Assembly: GCF_018350175.1 (NCBI RefSeq)
Contig: NC_058368.1
Span: forward strand, 38,070,001-38,134,000
DNA: 64,000 bases
Direction of reading: 5' to 3'
DNA from: Felis catus
Taxonomy: Eukaryota
Positions 1 through 13,086 of the stretch are shown here, one piece after another. The notes beneath the pieces were generated by a model. That model searched no databases, was not told the DNA's origin, and saw only the letters and a list, made by a program, of their open reading frames with translations. The stretch's first letter is position 1. Each line of letters starts with the position of its first letter. A program made the position numbers and the translations under genes.

Positions 1-2261
1 AGTCTTGATGTCACCTTGTTAGTTTCTGAAAGCGAGCGTACCTTTGGAGCCTGGATATCCTATTTAATCTTAAGTATAGATGTATTACTTAGTATTTTTT
101 AATAGATATTGTTCCCCAGAACTACTTTCATTCATTTGTGTATCTCACGCTACAATTTCTATTCTGATTCCCCAGAAATGTTAGGTTATTTTCAGTTTCT
201 AATTGAAATTAAAAGGAACTGAAACATACTACTCGCAAAGAAAGATGAATTTTTTTTTCAAATTTACGTGAGAATGGTACAATAGTATTAGTGACCTAAA
301 TGACAAAGTAAATTTTTAAAAATTACTTACATGGAAGTATGTTATCACTTTTGACACTCTCTTACCAGGTAAATGCTATTTTAATGGCTACTTTGTTTAG
401 CAGCAATGACGGCTCAAAGAACAGCAAGCTGTGTAACCTTGATAAGACTTATGTGAAAGGAATACATATGATTTAAAACGAATTAAACGTCCAGCTCCTC
501 ATGGAAGGACTTATTCAGTGATTACCCAAAAAAGATATGTGAACAAAATACTTTTAATTTCAACACACTGATAATTGCACTCTCTGCTGTCAAACATTTT
601 AGAAGGAACTGTGCAAATGTGTTATCTTACAGCAGAGATAACAATTCAGGTGAAATCCTTAAAAATGAGCCTATTTCTATTATTGCGAGAGAAACTTGTC
701 ATGAAATTAAAATGACAAATTATACTCCAATGCAGCTAACACTACACTGAAATGTATCAATAATAAAATAATTCAAAATATTTACAGAATTTTGTCACTA
801 TAGGAAATAATGCTAAACATTTAGGAGAAGTTTACAAATGGGGAAAGGAGCTAGATTAACCATTCTGATTGAAAATTAAACATGTGCTTCTCACAAGAGA
901 ACCTCTTTTGGAAAATTTTGAAGGGCAGTATTTTAAGGAGCCATTTATAGAAGTTATCTGTGTTTGATATTTCTGTTTTTTGGTTTACGTGTCTCAGATG
1001 GCATAGTATTATTTTGGAAGGTATTGTGAAAAAGGAAAATGATAAAAGCAGAAGGGTATTGTATCCATTGGCCAGAGAATAGAGATTTTTATATACTACT
1101 AAGAGAAAATACTTTAAATAAAATCAGATAAGACACAAATGGGGAAAAAATACTGTAAAAAAGCAAGAACCTGGAAATGTCCCACCATACAAAGTCTAAA
1201 AAGTACAGATTGCCAGAAAAATGTAAGGTAGAGGCTTCATTATAATTCATTGGTATTATCAGTCACATTCTTCCTAAGGTATCAGGGGTCCATAAGATTT
1301 GTTATCTGGTTGAGCAATCATTTAAGAGATTCCGAGAATTGAAAGCCACTTTGGAAAACTTGGGCCTATATTCCTTAGAAATGCATTTAATAACTGTTTA
1401 AAAGACATTCTATGCAGCATAGGCAATTATAATTGATTTATTTATAATTTCCCAATCCTAGAATTTAAGGACATTGACATTACCTATTACATTCTCTATG
1501 GTTTCTGTGATTTCTACCCTAGAATTTCCATCTTCTATGGCATGCAAATACACACACACATACCTGCACACACACCATTAGAAAGTTATTTCCTGTCAAT
1601 TTCCATAATGTAAAGATTTCTGTAATTCTTAGAATAATCATCACTGAGGGTACTCTCAACACATCATATTAATTTCCCATTGTTAAAGAATCTACCTCAG
1701 TCATTCCAAATTTTATAAGAATATTATACTTTCCTCTTTACTAAATTGAGTAACTTATAAATGACATAAACCTATTTCTATTTAGCTTTCCAATTTAAGA
1801 AAATGTTATCTGGGCCTTTGCTCAGAGGATATGGAGTATAGTTAAAAACTGAATAAAAATTTGCCCCTTTAAAAAAATATAAAGTCTCAATTCTAATAAC
1901 TGCAGTACATATTGTTGGTGGCTCTATAAGGCAAAGGGTTCAATTTTTCTTCAATTTAAGCAAACTTTCTTCCATATTGATATACTTGCTATTGAAGTAG
2001 ACTTAAGTTTGAAGATTTTAAAAATATACTTTAAAAAACGTTCATGTATTATTTGTTTTCTGAATGAATTTAAATTTAAACATGTTTCCCACTTAATGTG
2101 AGGTGAAATAACTTAAAATACCTTAAATTTAACTCAAATACTGAAAACAAAGAAATGAAATTATTTACTATATGGCATTGTAAGAGTTTCTCTGGAGTTT
2201 CATTTGACCTCCTCTAAGGTCAAATAATGCTGAGGCTGCCATGGAAGATTTGTCCTTCACA

Positions 2262-2400
2262 TGCTTTATCACTTAATATTTGCTGTGTAACAAGCCTCCA
2301 ACAGAACTTAGTGTCTTGAGAGAAAAGCCATGTATTTAGTTTTTGATTCTTAATTCAGCAGTTAAGGCTGTAAGAGTAGAGTTGTAACAATAGAAAAGTC
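2262..2400 (-). mobile_element. MaLR/ERVL-type LTR remnant (MLT-like), probable 3' LTR of the adjacent ERV-L
   Basis: tgctgtgtaacaagcctccaacagaacttagtgtcttg resembles the reverse complement of the MLT LTR 3' end. It lies downstream (minus sense) of the ERV-L internal region. Confidence 0.5.
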
Positions 2401-2424
2401 CCTTGCTTAAAACAGGTGTTTCTT

Positions 2425-2645
2425 GGGGGAATCTAGGTGGCTCAGTCAGTTTAGCATATGACTTTAGCTCAGGTCATGATTTCACTGTTCCTGAAGTCCT
2501 GCATCCAGCTCTGGGCTGACAGCTGGGAACCTGGAGCCTGCTTCAAATTCTGTGTCTCCCTCTCTCTCTCTCCCCTCCCGCCCCTCCCCACCCCTGCTCG
2601 TGCTCGCTCTGTCTCTCGATAATAAACATTAAAATAATAAAAAAC
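2425..2645 (+). mobile_element. Can-SINE (SINEC_Fc-type), older copy
   Basis: tRNA-like head (ggtggctcagtcag...gctcaggtcatgat), (CT)n, A-rich tail; degraded TSD aaaacaggtgtttctt / aaaacacacatttctt. Confidence 0.95.
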
Positions 2646-2749
2646 ACACATTTCTTTTTAATGTTTTATCCAATGAAATTAAATAAGGAAGATACTATGC
2701 TTCAGAGATGAAATCTCCATGTTAAATCTTTTAACATGGAACATGACAG

Positions 2750-5700
2750 TATAATAAGACACCAAGAGACTCCCCTACTAACATTCTGTTATACTCCATT
2801 GTACACAATCATGTATTTCCTGTTGCTGATCAAGATCAGTCACCTCACCCAACATATTAACCACATATTTTGTCTGCTTGGTCTGTGACATAAGAAATTC
2901 CAAATGGCCAGAAGGAAAACTCAAATTTCAATGTAACAGATAAGAATTCACACACAGTGTAAACTTTCCTCCCTTGGGTACCAAGGCCTGTAAAATTCAG
3001 AGGACAAAATCAGCTGGACAGGAAGAAATACTTTTCATTTTGTGAGATAGAAATCATGTGCTGTCTCACTTTTACCTTCATCCTTTGTTTCCTGAATTCA
3101 GAGGCACTGGCTATAGCTGAAACATCATTATATAGTATACTGGATGATGACATGGGCACCATCTTGCAGGACAACACTCCACACTCAAGAAGTGTGGTAT
3201 CTTTCATCTGGAGCATCTCTGAGCATCTTCATAGGCCAGAGAGAAAGAGGAGACTTCCTCCTGGTCAGGTATTTCTGATGATGAGGGGGCTTAAAATTGA
3301 CGAACTGTATAAGCTTAAGCTTGTTGAATAACTTATTTTATTTAATATCAGGAAATTTTCCATCATCAGAAGCAATGCTACATAGGACAAGATGGTGATG
3401 AGTAAAGCTTTCACCAGGTTTCCAGATTATGGTTCAGGCAGAATCATAGATGGCAAGGAAGGCAAATCAGTATTCTATTCCAGCAAGATAAACCACTTCC
3501 ATTTCCATATGTAATCACCCTGCCACAAGTACACTCATTGCGGGGCCTGTGGTTGGTCACTGTTCTAGGCAAATAGGGCATTCAGTAGTGGTAGGTAGCC
3601 AAGACAGTCTTGGTGAGAAGCAGTTCATATCTTTTCTTCATGTACAACTTACTTTCCACCTCTATGCCTTATTATTGTTTTTTTTAATATAACAATCATG
3701 TGAATATTACCATTTCTGGGGAAATAAGTCAACTGATATCTACCAAGTAAGAGGTCTTAGATAATTCTTGAAAGTGTCCAGGTCTTTTTGAACATGGTGT
3801 ACAGACGTCTCACTAGTTACAGCTTATTTTAGGAAATTTACCCATATGATTTTCTCCAAAGTTCATTGTTTTCAATCTTATGATCTAGTGCCTTATTCTC
3901 TAATCTTGTTCCTACACATCCTTGAACTATAACCACCTGCTGTTTGTTTCCTATCAAAAGTTAACAGTGGCTGACACTTTGGATATCACTGGATTCTCTA
4001 AGTAAATACAAATCAGCAAACCCTTCTTTTTGGTATCCCTATTCAAACCTAGTAGCCTAATGCACAATGCAATACAGAGATTAAATTTCTTCCAAATTTA
4101 ATAAGTTTTAAGCATTGTGACACTTTGGGCAAGTGGTGTATTTCACAATGCAATACAGAGATTAAATTTCTTCCAAATTTAATAAGTTTTAAGCATTGTG
4201 ACACTTTGGGCAAGTGGTTCAAATGAAGCAATTTGGTTTTCCCTGCAGAAAGTATATCCTAATACACTACAGAGCACAAGACACTAAGTAACATTATTGA
4301 AATGACAGATCCATCACTTTTAGTGAGACTTTTTGCTCAGTTGGGTACCAGTGTTTCCCCAATAACAGTATGTGTCACCATATTATCTTGGCAAGATGTC
4401 CCAATGTAGTGGATATGAGTGATGATCTGTGGGGTGGAAAGATGATTAAATACTCTATGATGTAAATAAGTCACTAATCCAGAAAGGTGACATACAGTAT
4501 GGTAGGAGAGTGATTTTTTTTTCAATGCTTTTTTTTCAAGAACCACATCTCTGTAAAAGGAGTTACTATTTGATTACAATAATTCAGTTAGGTAATTAAA
4601 ATCAGGATGTGATAAAAGTTCATGAACTTTTTTCTAATCTTTGATGAAGGATTTCTTCTGGCTAATCCCGTGTTGATAAGCAAGATGAGCTAGATTCTTC
4701 TCTGTCAAGAGAGCTAATAGTAGGAGTCTGCCAGTGGCTTTATAAAACCATTTCAACTATATATTCAGAAACCAGAGAAGTAACCACAAGTTGTGATTAC
4801 AGAACTACTGGATTCACTCAAAGATTGAAATAGGCCAAATAGAATATGTGCTTTGATCGTAAATTGCTACAGTGATTGCCATTGTCCTTTCTCTGATCTA
4901 GGTGCCCTTGTTACAAGTCTAGGTATCTTGTACAAGTTCCTTCAGGAAGTGCCAGGTGGGAGATGTATAATATGAATTTTTGCTAAAAATGCAGAGGATA
5001 CTTGCCCATCATTCAAGGGTTTCTAGATCTGAAAACTGATAGAAAATTTGGAAACTTAGTAGGACCATAGATCTTGAGCATTGCTCAAGTTTTGTCATTG
5101 TTTGTTGATCTTGCTTATCTTGTTTGCAAGATCAGTTGCAAAATTTTTTGGTTGACAAAAAAAGTTGGGGAGGAAGTTTTCTATTATTTCAGCATGGGTG
5201 ACGTATCTTTTGTTGTCCTAGGAAACCTTGATCAATTGGTCATTATTTTATATATTTATTGTTCTACCATTCTGATGACTGTATCGACTCTGTTGTTTAT
5301 TGTGACAACCAGACCAGTGTCCCTGACTGCTGAGTGCTACTACCTTATTCTGTACTCTGGGACCTCATCATCCCCAATGAAGTCAGAGGGTCCATTCCAA
5401 TGGAAATATAGTTCTTACATCAGTGGCCTAGAGATCATAGATACTAAAATTATTTTCAATGTTGTAATGCTCCCCTCACCAATATATATTTTAATACTGC
5501 AGCATGAAAGGTATGTATTGTATTCTCTGTGGAACAAAGTTCGGGTTGGTAAGAATGCATTGGATATGATAAATCTCAACATTTCCATCAAAGTAATTTT
5601 TTAGTTTATTTTTTATAGAAAGAGGTTGCTAAGCATATTTATCCCATGTTTCTACTTAATCCAGTTTGACTTCATCAGTAAAGTACCTAATCAGAATCAT
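2750..5700 (-). mobile_element. Decayed class III ERV (ERV-L) internal region: gag, pol (RT, IN) and dUTPase remnants
   Basis: Minus-strand translations match recalled HERV-L motifs in the correct order: HLSTPQIITHIHYIG vs SLPQDITLVHYIDD (RT, about 4400-4445); LHLNHLPKVSQCL vs LHLAPPTTKKEAQCL (about 4190-4230); ctcaccaagactgtcttggctac...gaatgccctatttgc vs LTKADLATATAECPIC (IN, about 3570-3620); LYNDVSAIASASEFRKQ vs IYGTVSPIARIHGSRNQ; dUTPase-like segment at about 2750-2990. Confidence 0.85.
4063..4218. repeat. Perfect 75-bp direct tandem duplication with 6-bp spacer
   Basis: 4063-4137 is identical to 4144-4218; spacer gtattt. Confidence 0.97.
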
Positions 5701-5799
5701 TTTTGGAAATGTAAGTTAGACATTACAGTCAGATTCTTTAAAAGGCTCACTTTTATAGATAATTATTACCTTGTCACTCAACATAGAACTCAAAAGGAA

Positions 5800-6010
5800 C
5801 ATGTAATGTTTTGGAAATATCTAAGCCTTTGGATTGCAACAGAAATGGGTTTGAATCCACCCTTTGAAACTTGATCTGTTACGTTGTGTAAATTATTGAA
5901 TCTTTATGAGTGTCATTATCTGTCATAAAACATATGACATTATCTTTCATAAAACTGAATTTCATATAAAGGTCATTGTAAGAATCATATAAATGTCTAA
6001 TAAATGGTAA
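5800..6010 (+). mobile_element. MIR remnant
   Basis: gggtttgaatccacc...ttgtgtaaattattgaatcttt resembles the MIR core. Confidence 0.6.
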
Positions 6011-7340
6011 TATTATAAAAGCAATTTCTTATTAAATGAAGGTGAGAATAAATAAAATTAAATGGTGGTATTTCTATTCTAATTTTCATAGTCTCTGCTG
6101 GGTGGTACAAAGTGGTTGACTAGAGTACTTTGAAACTGGGGATTAGAATCTGTCTATCTATCTATCTATCTATTTCCTGGCTGTGTGATAGTCAAACTTC
6201 CCTGTCTAAACCATATGTATGTTTTTATTGTTAGTCATAAGTGGTGGTTTAAATGCTTCTGAAACTGAATTCAAAAAATATATACTGAAACAGTGCATGT
6301 ACACAGGCAATAGAAACACAACTCTTTAACTTGAATTAATGCAAACAGAGCAGTTCCATGTTGACAGCTAACTATTATTTATGAGAAGATGATATATTAC
6401 TTCAAGTTCTCCTGACAGTCTTTATATATATTTCTTTTACCCAGGACAGTTGCAATTTAATAGTGCATTAAAAGACCATGTGCTCTGCCATTTGTCATAT
6501 GCTATATTTGTATAATCTATGCTGTTTCCTTCTTGAGTCCTAATTAATCTAGCAAACACCTCATTACCTTTTTAAAAACCTGACTCTATTTTAATGTTAA
6601 TTATTAAACTATTGCAACACTGACACAATAAGTACACACATACACATATATTTTTTGATATCCAGAAAATTCATAGGGTATTGGGGAAACTTGCTTTATG
6701 ATCTCACTTTATCATGTTTAATTTTAGCTTTCCTTTATAGGTCTGGCTTTGCCTTATGCTACATAATATTTATTTTTACAGCCTTGTAAACAAATGCAAA
6801 GACAATTGTATACTTTTTTGTGTGTGTGTCACACAATGACACAGAATATCCACCCTCCTATTATTAAGAAGTCTTCCTAAACTTTGTGATCATCCCAGAC
6901 ATTTATATAGACTTTGACTATGAGCTTTTGAAGTACAAAATTCCAGGTAGAAGAATACCCCAGAATATTCCTACGTTTGTACTGCAAAACTGGGTATATT
7001 GAAAACCATTTTCCTTAGTGCAATGTCTCCAAACTTCACAGAGAATACAAGCAAAACAAGCAAATAAAAACACACATACGGCATAAGTCAGTAGTTCAAC
7101 CTTTCATTTAATAATTAGTTAACAGATTTAATCCATGTTTTACAAAAATGTTGCTGAGGAGCCAGTGGGGATGAAGACCAGAAATCTACATTTTAAATAA
7201 CCTAAGGAAGGAGTTCCTTGAGTAAATTTTGAAAAACACAGTTGTAAACTGTATGTGCTATTCATTTTTGTGTTTCTTCCTGATGTCTATGATACCACAT
7301 AAATGGATTTTTTTAATGTTTTTTAAAACATACCTCTTTA

Positions 7341-7558
7341 GGGGCGCCTGGGTGGCTCAGTCAGTTAAGCATCTGACTTTGGCTCAGGTCATGCTCTCGC
7401 TTTTCATGAGTTCGAGCCTGCATTGGGCTCAGTGCTGACAGCTCAGAGCCTGAAGCCTGCTTCAGTCTGTGTCTCTGTCTCTCTCTCTCCCCCTCCCCCA
7501 CTCGTGCTCTGTGTCTCTGTGTCTCTCAAAAAATGTATGAGCATTAAGAGACAATTTT
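7341..7558 (+). mobile_element. Can-SINE (SINEC_Fc-type)
   Basis: ggggcgcctgggtggctcagtcagttaagc head, (CT)n, A tail; TSD aaacatacc. Confidence 0.97.
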
Positions 7559-8756
7559 AAACATACCCGTTTTTCCCTCAAGAATAACATTTCTAAAAGA
7601 TACCATTTTTTGCTGCATTCTTATTACCATTTGGAGGTAAACTAGAATTAAAAAAAAATGGATTTCTTAAAACAACACAGCAAGAATGAATCATGCATTT
7701 GTCCCATGCGCACAAAGGACAGATGCACACAAATGTACAACAATAAATAGGGATAAAAAGAAAGCCAAGGAGCAGTCAAAAGCTGAATGATTGAAAATGT
7801 GGTTCTCAGCCTTAAGAGACTTAGAAATATGTTGTCATTTGGATAATAATTGGTTTCCTATGCATTAAGGATGAAAGCCTGAAATGTCAGTAGCTCATCA
7901 ATTACCATCTAGTAGCATCCTGTGATGTGCTTTCTTATCAGACTTCAATTTTGAGCCTTAATAGAATTTTATAAAAGCTCTTCTACTTGTATTTAATTTA
8001 GACTTTCAATAAGTGCTGTATTTCAGGAAGAAAAAAAGTATGTTTCTAAAGGCGATATTTTAAGATCATATTGGTCCTACTTGAGACAAAGCCCTTTGCT
8101 AGTACATCTAGGATGGAGAAAAATACAAAGCTTGTCCTTCTCAGTGAAGAAAAAAAAAATGAGCTCAATAAAATTGGCTGTCTTTCTATGTAACCAATTT
8201 TACTTGGTATCCTGGAGTCTTTGTAATCTGCATTATTAGTGCATATAACAAATACTTAATAAAGTCTCATTTTGTGCCTAGGAATCATGTAAAGTACTGA
8301 ACTAACAAACATAGTTAAGTCCTTGACCCATCACTGTCTGTGGAAAAGTAATAGTTGGAAGGGTTATTTTTACTTAAAATGAGTAAAAAGTAATGGATTT
8401 CCAAAAGTATAAATCAGATGTTAAATAGTAAGAGATTGCTTATATTTTATATATTAACCAAATGAAAATAAGACAAAAATCTGAGTTTATTTGCAAGTGC
8501 TATGCAAAAGAAATTCTATAAATGCCATATTCACCATCTGAGACCTTACATACTAAACAAAAGAACAAAAAGATAAATACATAAAGATGTCATATGAAGT
8601 ATATTGAGTTTTATAGAAGGAGAGTAGGGTAAACCGGGATAACATGTAAGAGGAATTAAAAATATATATATACATTGTGCTCCAGATAAAACATTAATGT
8701 GTATAGTAACAGGAATAACTAAATAATGGGGAAAATATCTTATGGCCTATAAATTA

Positions 8757-8886
8757 TACATTATATATATATGTATATATATGTATATATATGTGTATAT
8801 ATATATGTATATAGAGATAGATAGATGTATATACACACATATATATGTGTATATATATATGTATATGTATATATGTATATATATAT
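8757..8886. repeat. (TA)n/(TATG)n low-complexity microsatellite
   Basis: Direct inspection. Confidence 0.95.
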
Positions 8887-9890
8887 TCCATTCATCTATT
8901 GTGGATAATTGGTGGATTCTATATCTTGGCTACTTTAAATAATAGTGTAATAAATATAGGAGTACATATATCTTTTAGAATTAGTGCTCTTGGTTTTGGG
9001 GGTAAATACCCAGTAGCAGGATGATTGGGTCATATGGTAATTCTATTTTTAATATTTTGAGGAACTTCTACACTGTTTTTCAAAGTGGTTGCACCAATTT
9101 GCATTCCCACCAACAGGGCACAAATTTTCCTTTTTCTCCACGTCCTCACCAACACTTGTTATTTCTTGTCTTTTTTATTTTATCCATTCTGACAGATGTA
9201 AAGTGATATCTCATTGTGGTTTTAATTTGCATTTCTCTGATGACGATTGATGTTGAGCACCTTTTCATGTATCTGTTGACCATCTATGTTTCTTCTTTGG
9301 AGAGATATCTACTCAGGTCCTCTCCTCATTTTTAATGAGATTATTTGTGATTTGGGGGTTTGGGTGCCAAGTTGTGTACATTATTTATGTATTTTGGATA
9401 TTAATTCCTTATAAGGTAAACCATTTACAAGTATCTTCTCCCAGTAAATAGGTTGCCTTTTTGTTTTGTTGATGGTTTCCTTTACTGTACAAAAGCTGCT
9501 AATTTTGGTACAGTCCCAGTCATTTAATTTTGCTTTTGCTTCACTTGAGGAGACCTATCTAGAAAAACATTCCTCCACCTAATGTCAAATAAATTACTGT
9601 CTATGATTTCTTCTAAGAGGTTTATGGTTTCATGTCTTATATTTAGGTCTTTAATCCATTTTGAGTTTATTTCTGTGTATAGTGTAAGAAAGTGGCTCAG
9701 TTTCTTTTTCATGTAACTGTCCAGTTTTTCCAGCACCATTTGTTGAAGAGACTGTCTTTTCCCCACTGCATATTCTTGTCCCTGTTGTTGTAAATTAATT
9801 GACCATATAACCAGGTATATTTCTGGACTTTCTATTCTGCTCCATTGATCTATGTGTCTATTTTTGTACCCCTACCATACTGTTATGATA
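8887..9890 (-). mobile_element. L1 fragment (3' part of ORF2), carnivore/Laurasiatherian type
   Basis: Antisense L1 ORF2 text (ttgcattcccaccaacag, gttgagcaccttttcatg, cagcaccatttgttgaagagact). ORF 9524-9766 gives TEINSKWIKDLNIRHETINLLEE, an L1 ORF2p motif. Confidence 0.95.
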
Positions 9891-10137
9891 TTGATCTTAT
9901 TTATATAGTTCATGTTTATGTGTTTACATTTTTGTTTTAGATTACTTACTTTGGGCTAGAAATTACTTATTCAACCAATTTTTAAATAAATACTTCTATC
10001 CAATGTGATTAAATTCAGATATTCTCTGCGTGTGGGGAGGTCTAAAGTTTAACCTCATAGTTTTTATTACTTCATTATTTATGCATTCTTTTTTGGTTAA
10101 AGCTATTACCTAATAGAGTGATATGGAATGATCAGGG

Positions 10138-10615
10138 TTTTTTTTAATCACTTTAATTTTTTAAAGTAGTTTAGGTTTTCAACAAAATTGAGAGGAAGGT
10201 GCAGATATGTCTCCTACATCTGTTGTCCCTACACATGCATAGCCTCCCCATTATCAACATCATTCATCAAAATGGTACTTTTTTTTTCTTTACTAAGAAT
10301 GAACATACATTGACACATTATAATGATCCAGAGTTCATCATTTTACCTTAGGGTTCACTCTTGGTGATGTATATTCTATGGGTTTGAACAAAAGCTTAAT
10401 GATGTATATCCATCATTGTAATATCATATAGAGTATTTTCACTACCCTAAAAATTCTCTGTGCTCAGTCTATTTATCTCTCTTTATTCCTACCCATGGCA
10501 ATCACTGATCATTTTACTGTCTCCATAGTCTTGCCTTTTCCAGAATATTGTATAGTTGGAATTATATAGTATGTAGCCCTCTCAGATAGACATCTTTCAC
10601 TTAGCAATATGTATC
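10138..10615 (-). mobile_element. L1MC-type 3' end
   Basis: Matches recalled L1MC1/2 3' UTR (cctccccattatcaacatc, gggttcactcttggtg, atcactgatcattttactgtctccatag). Confidence 0.85.
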
Positions 10616-10874
10616 TTCATAGCTCAGTTCTTCGTACTGCACTACCTTGAGGCTTGCCCAACTTATCTGGAATTCTGTACTTGCAAGTGACTGGATGAGT
10701 GAACCCCAACACCTCTGCACTTCCCTGGGCAGCCTGCCCTGGGTCTCGCAGGGCCTGCTCCTTAAACTGCCTCCCAGGCTAAAGCCACCACAGGAAAAAC
10801 AGGGGGAACATTGTTCCTCCCCTCTTGGCTTTTATACCAGCCAGCTTGCAAATATGGCTCCCCTGTCAAAGTTC

Positions 10875-10985
10875 AAAACTGTGTGGCTCTGGGAAAGTTA
10901 CTTAACTTCTCTGTGGTTCAGTGTCCTTTTTTTGAAAAATGCATATGGAATGATACCCTCCCAAGAGGGATCCTGGGATTAGGGA
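10875..10985 (+). mobile_element. MIR core remnant
   Basis: ctgtgtggctctgggaaagttacttaacttctctgtggttcagtgtcct. Confidence 0.75.
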
Positions 10986-11451
10986 CATCCAAGGCTGCTG
11001 CAGAAGGTTTCACTCACCCCTACCTACTCCTCTCTCCCAACTTCCATCCTTCTCCCAAGGGCCCATCCCTGAAAGCATCCACTTGGTTGCCCCGTCCTGT
11101 CTTCCAGGGCACCTTTCATGCACCCCACGCTGCCCACCCTTATACATGGTAAGAGTGCCCTGCTCGAAGTCCCTCAGCCACTCCAAACCCTTAGCCCACT
11201 CCCTCTAGCTGCCTCACCTCTGGGTTCTCTGCTTCACTATATGGCAAAATTGCTCATCCACTACTCTTCCTCATCCACCCCCTTCTGATCCCACCCTGTA
11301 TGGACTCTCTCCCACCATTGCCCCAATCAAGATTCCCAAGAGTGTCCACTGTCTGAATGTGGCTGCCAGGATCCCTGACTCTCTCAATTTCCTTCTGACC
11401 CACTTATCCTAGGATGTGACATATCCTAGAATCCTGAAGTCATACTACCTC

Positions 11452-12205
11452 TTTTTTTAAGTTTTTATTTAAATTCCACTTAGCATAGAGTGTAATATTA
11501 GTTTCGGGTGTACAAAATATAGTGATTCCATACAACGCCCAGTGCTCAACACAGCAAGTGCACTCCTTAATTCCCATCACTTATTTCACCCATCCCCCCA
11601 CCTCCCCTATGGAAGCCATCAGTTTGTTCTCTATAGTTAAGAATCTGTTTCTTAGTTTGCCTATCTCTTTTTTTCCTCCCTTTACTCGTTTGTTTTCTTA
11701 AATTCTATGTATAAGTTAAGTCATATGGTATTTGTCTTTCTCTGACTTATTTTGCTTAGCCTAATACTCTCTAGCTCCCTTCATGTCCTTGCAAAGGGCA
11801 AGATTTCATTCTTTTTAATTTCTTTTAATATTTTATATTTGAAAGAGAGACAGAGCATAAGCAGGGGAGGGACAGAATTTGAAGCAGGCTTCAGGCTCTG
11901 AGCTGTCAGCACAGAGCCCAACGTGGGGCTTAAACCCGCAAGCAGTGGGATCATGACCTGAGCCAAAGTCATACACTTAACCCCAGTGGAGCCATCCAGG
12001 CGCCCAAGCTTTCATTCTTCTTTATGGCTGAGTAATATTCCATAATATATATATTATACTATATATTATATAATATATATAATTATATATATAAATATAT
12101 ATACTAATTCTTTATCCATTCATCAGTCAATGGACACTTGAGCTGTTTCCATAATTTGGCTATTGTACATAATGCTGCTATAAACATTAGAATGTGTGTA
12201 TCCCT
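11452..12205 (-). mobile_element. Carnivore L1 3' end, 5'-truncated, interrupted by a SINE
   Basis: T tail at 11452, catacaacgcccagtgctc, catcagtttgttctctatag, ggctgagtaatattcca. Confidence 0.92.
11812..12005 (-). mobile_element. Can-SINE inserted in L1
   Basis: Antisense SINE ending ccaggcgccc; TSD caagatttcattctt / caagctttcattctt. Confidence 0.95.
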
Positions 12206-13086
12206 AATTCAAAGGGATACATGAACCCTGAATTAGGGATACCTATTGAAAATTCACATTATATAAGTAAGCTTCCCTGTGGATTTTCAGAAGAATGTTG
12301 GGAGAATGATTCTATATAAGACTAAAATTCTTCCTTGTCAAACACATAGAAGCCAGAGGGAGCCATTTTTGAGGGCTTATATTCATAAATATTACTGCCT
12401 ACCTTGAAATTACTTCTTGGTGAAACCCTGAGACTTTAGCTTATGTATGTGATTGTTAGCAGCTGGAAAAGTTTTTGCATACTAATCTCAGTTACCTTTA
12501 CTTAGCTTTTCTAATAAAATAAATATGTTTAGGCTGGTTTTCTTTATATCCACTGGCATTCACTAGTCACCACCACCATCATCTGGAGTGGCAACCTACC
12601 TACACACTTTCCATTTCCATTCTTTCCCTGCCCTAAGCCATTCTCCACTTTTACAGTTTACTTTATAGTGAATTGGACTTTTTAGAGCCATAGATTTTAT
12701 CAGTTTGCAAGCCTAATTATTATCCATGTATTTCTTCCCACTCTTGTGTTACAAATGGGAAAATTTTGCCTCAGAAGGCAGAGATCCAAAAGACAGAGCT
12801 ATCTAATGTTAGAATACATGTTCATTCAAATGCTTCCATGTGCAATTTATTCCCACTGTAAAGGCATTATACATTTTGATTATAATATTATTTTGAAATA
12901 CTGTAAGTGTTGAAATATGGTACTATTAATATATATTTTCCAACATATCCATAGACTTTTCTTTGTACATTACAATATACATTTTGAAAACTACTTTGCA
13001 AAACATGAACTATCAAATCACTTAAAAAAACGACTTTTAAATTTTGTAATCATTGTATTATTTTTATCATGATAAGTGTGCCCTTT

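Noticed and set aside
5074..5604. Longest ORF (176 aa, plus strand)
   Set aside because: Non-ATG start, antisense to ERV-L gag remnants, no recognisable domain.
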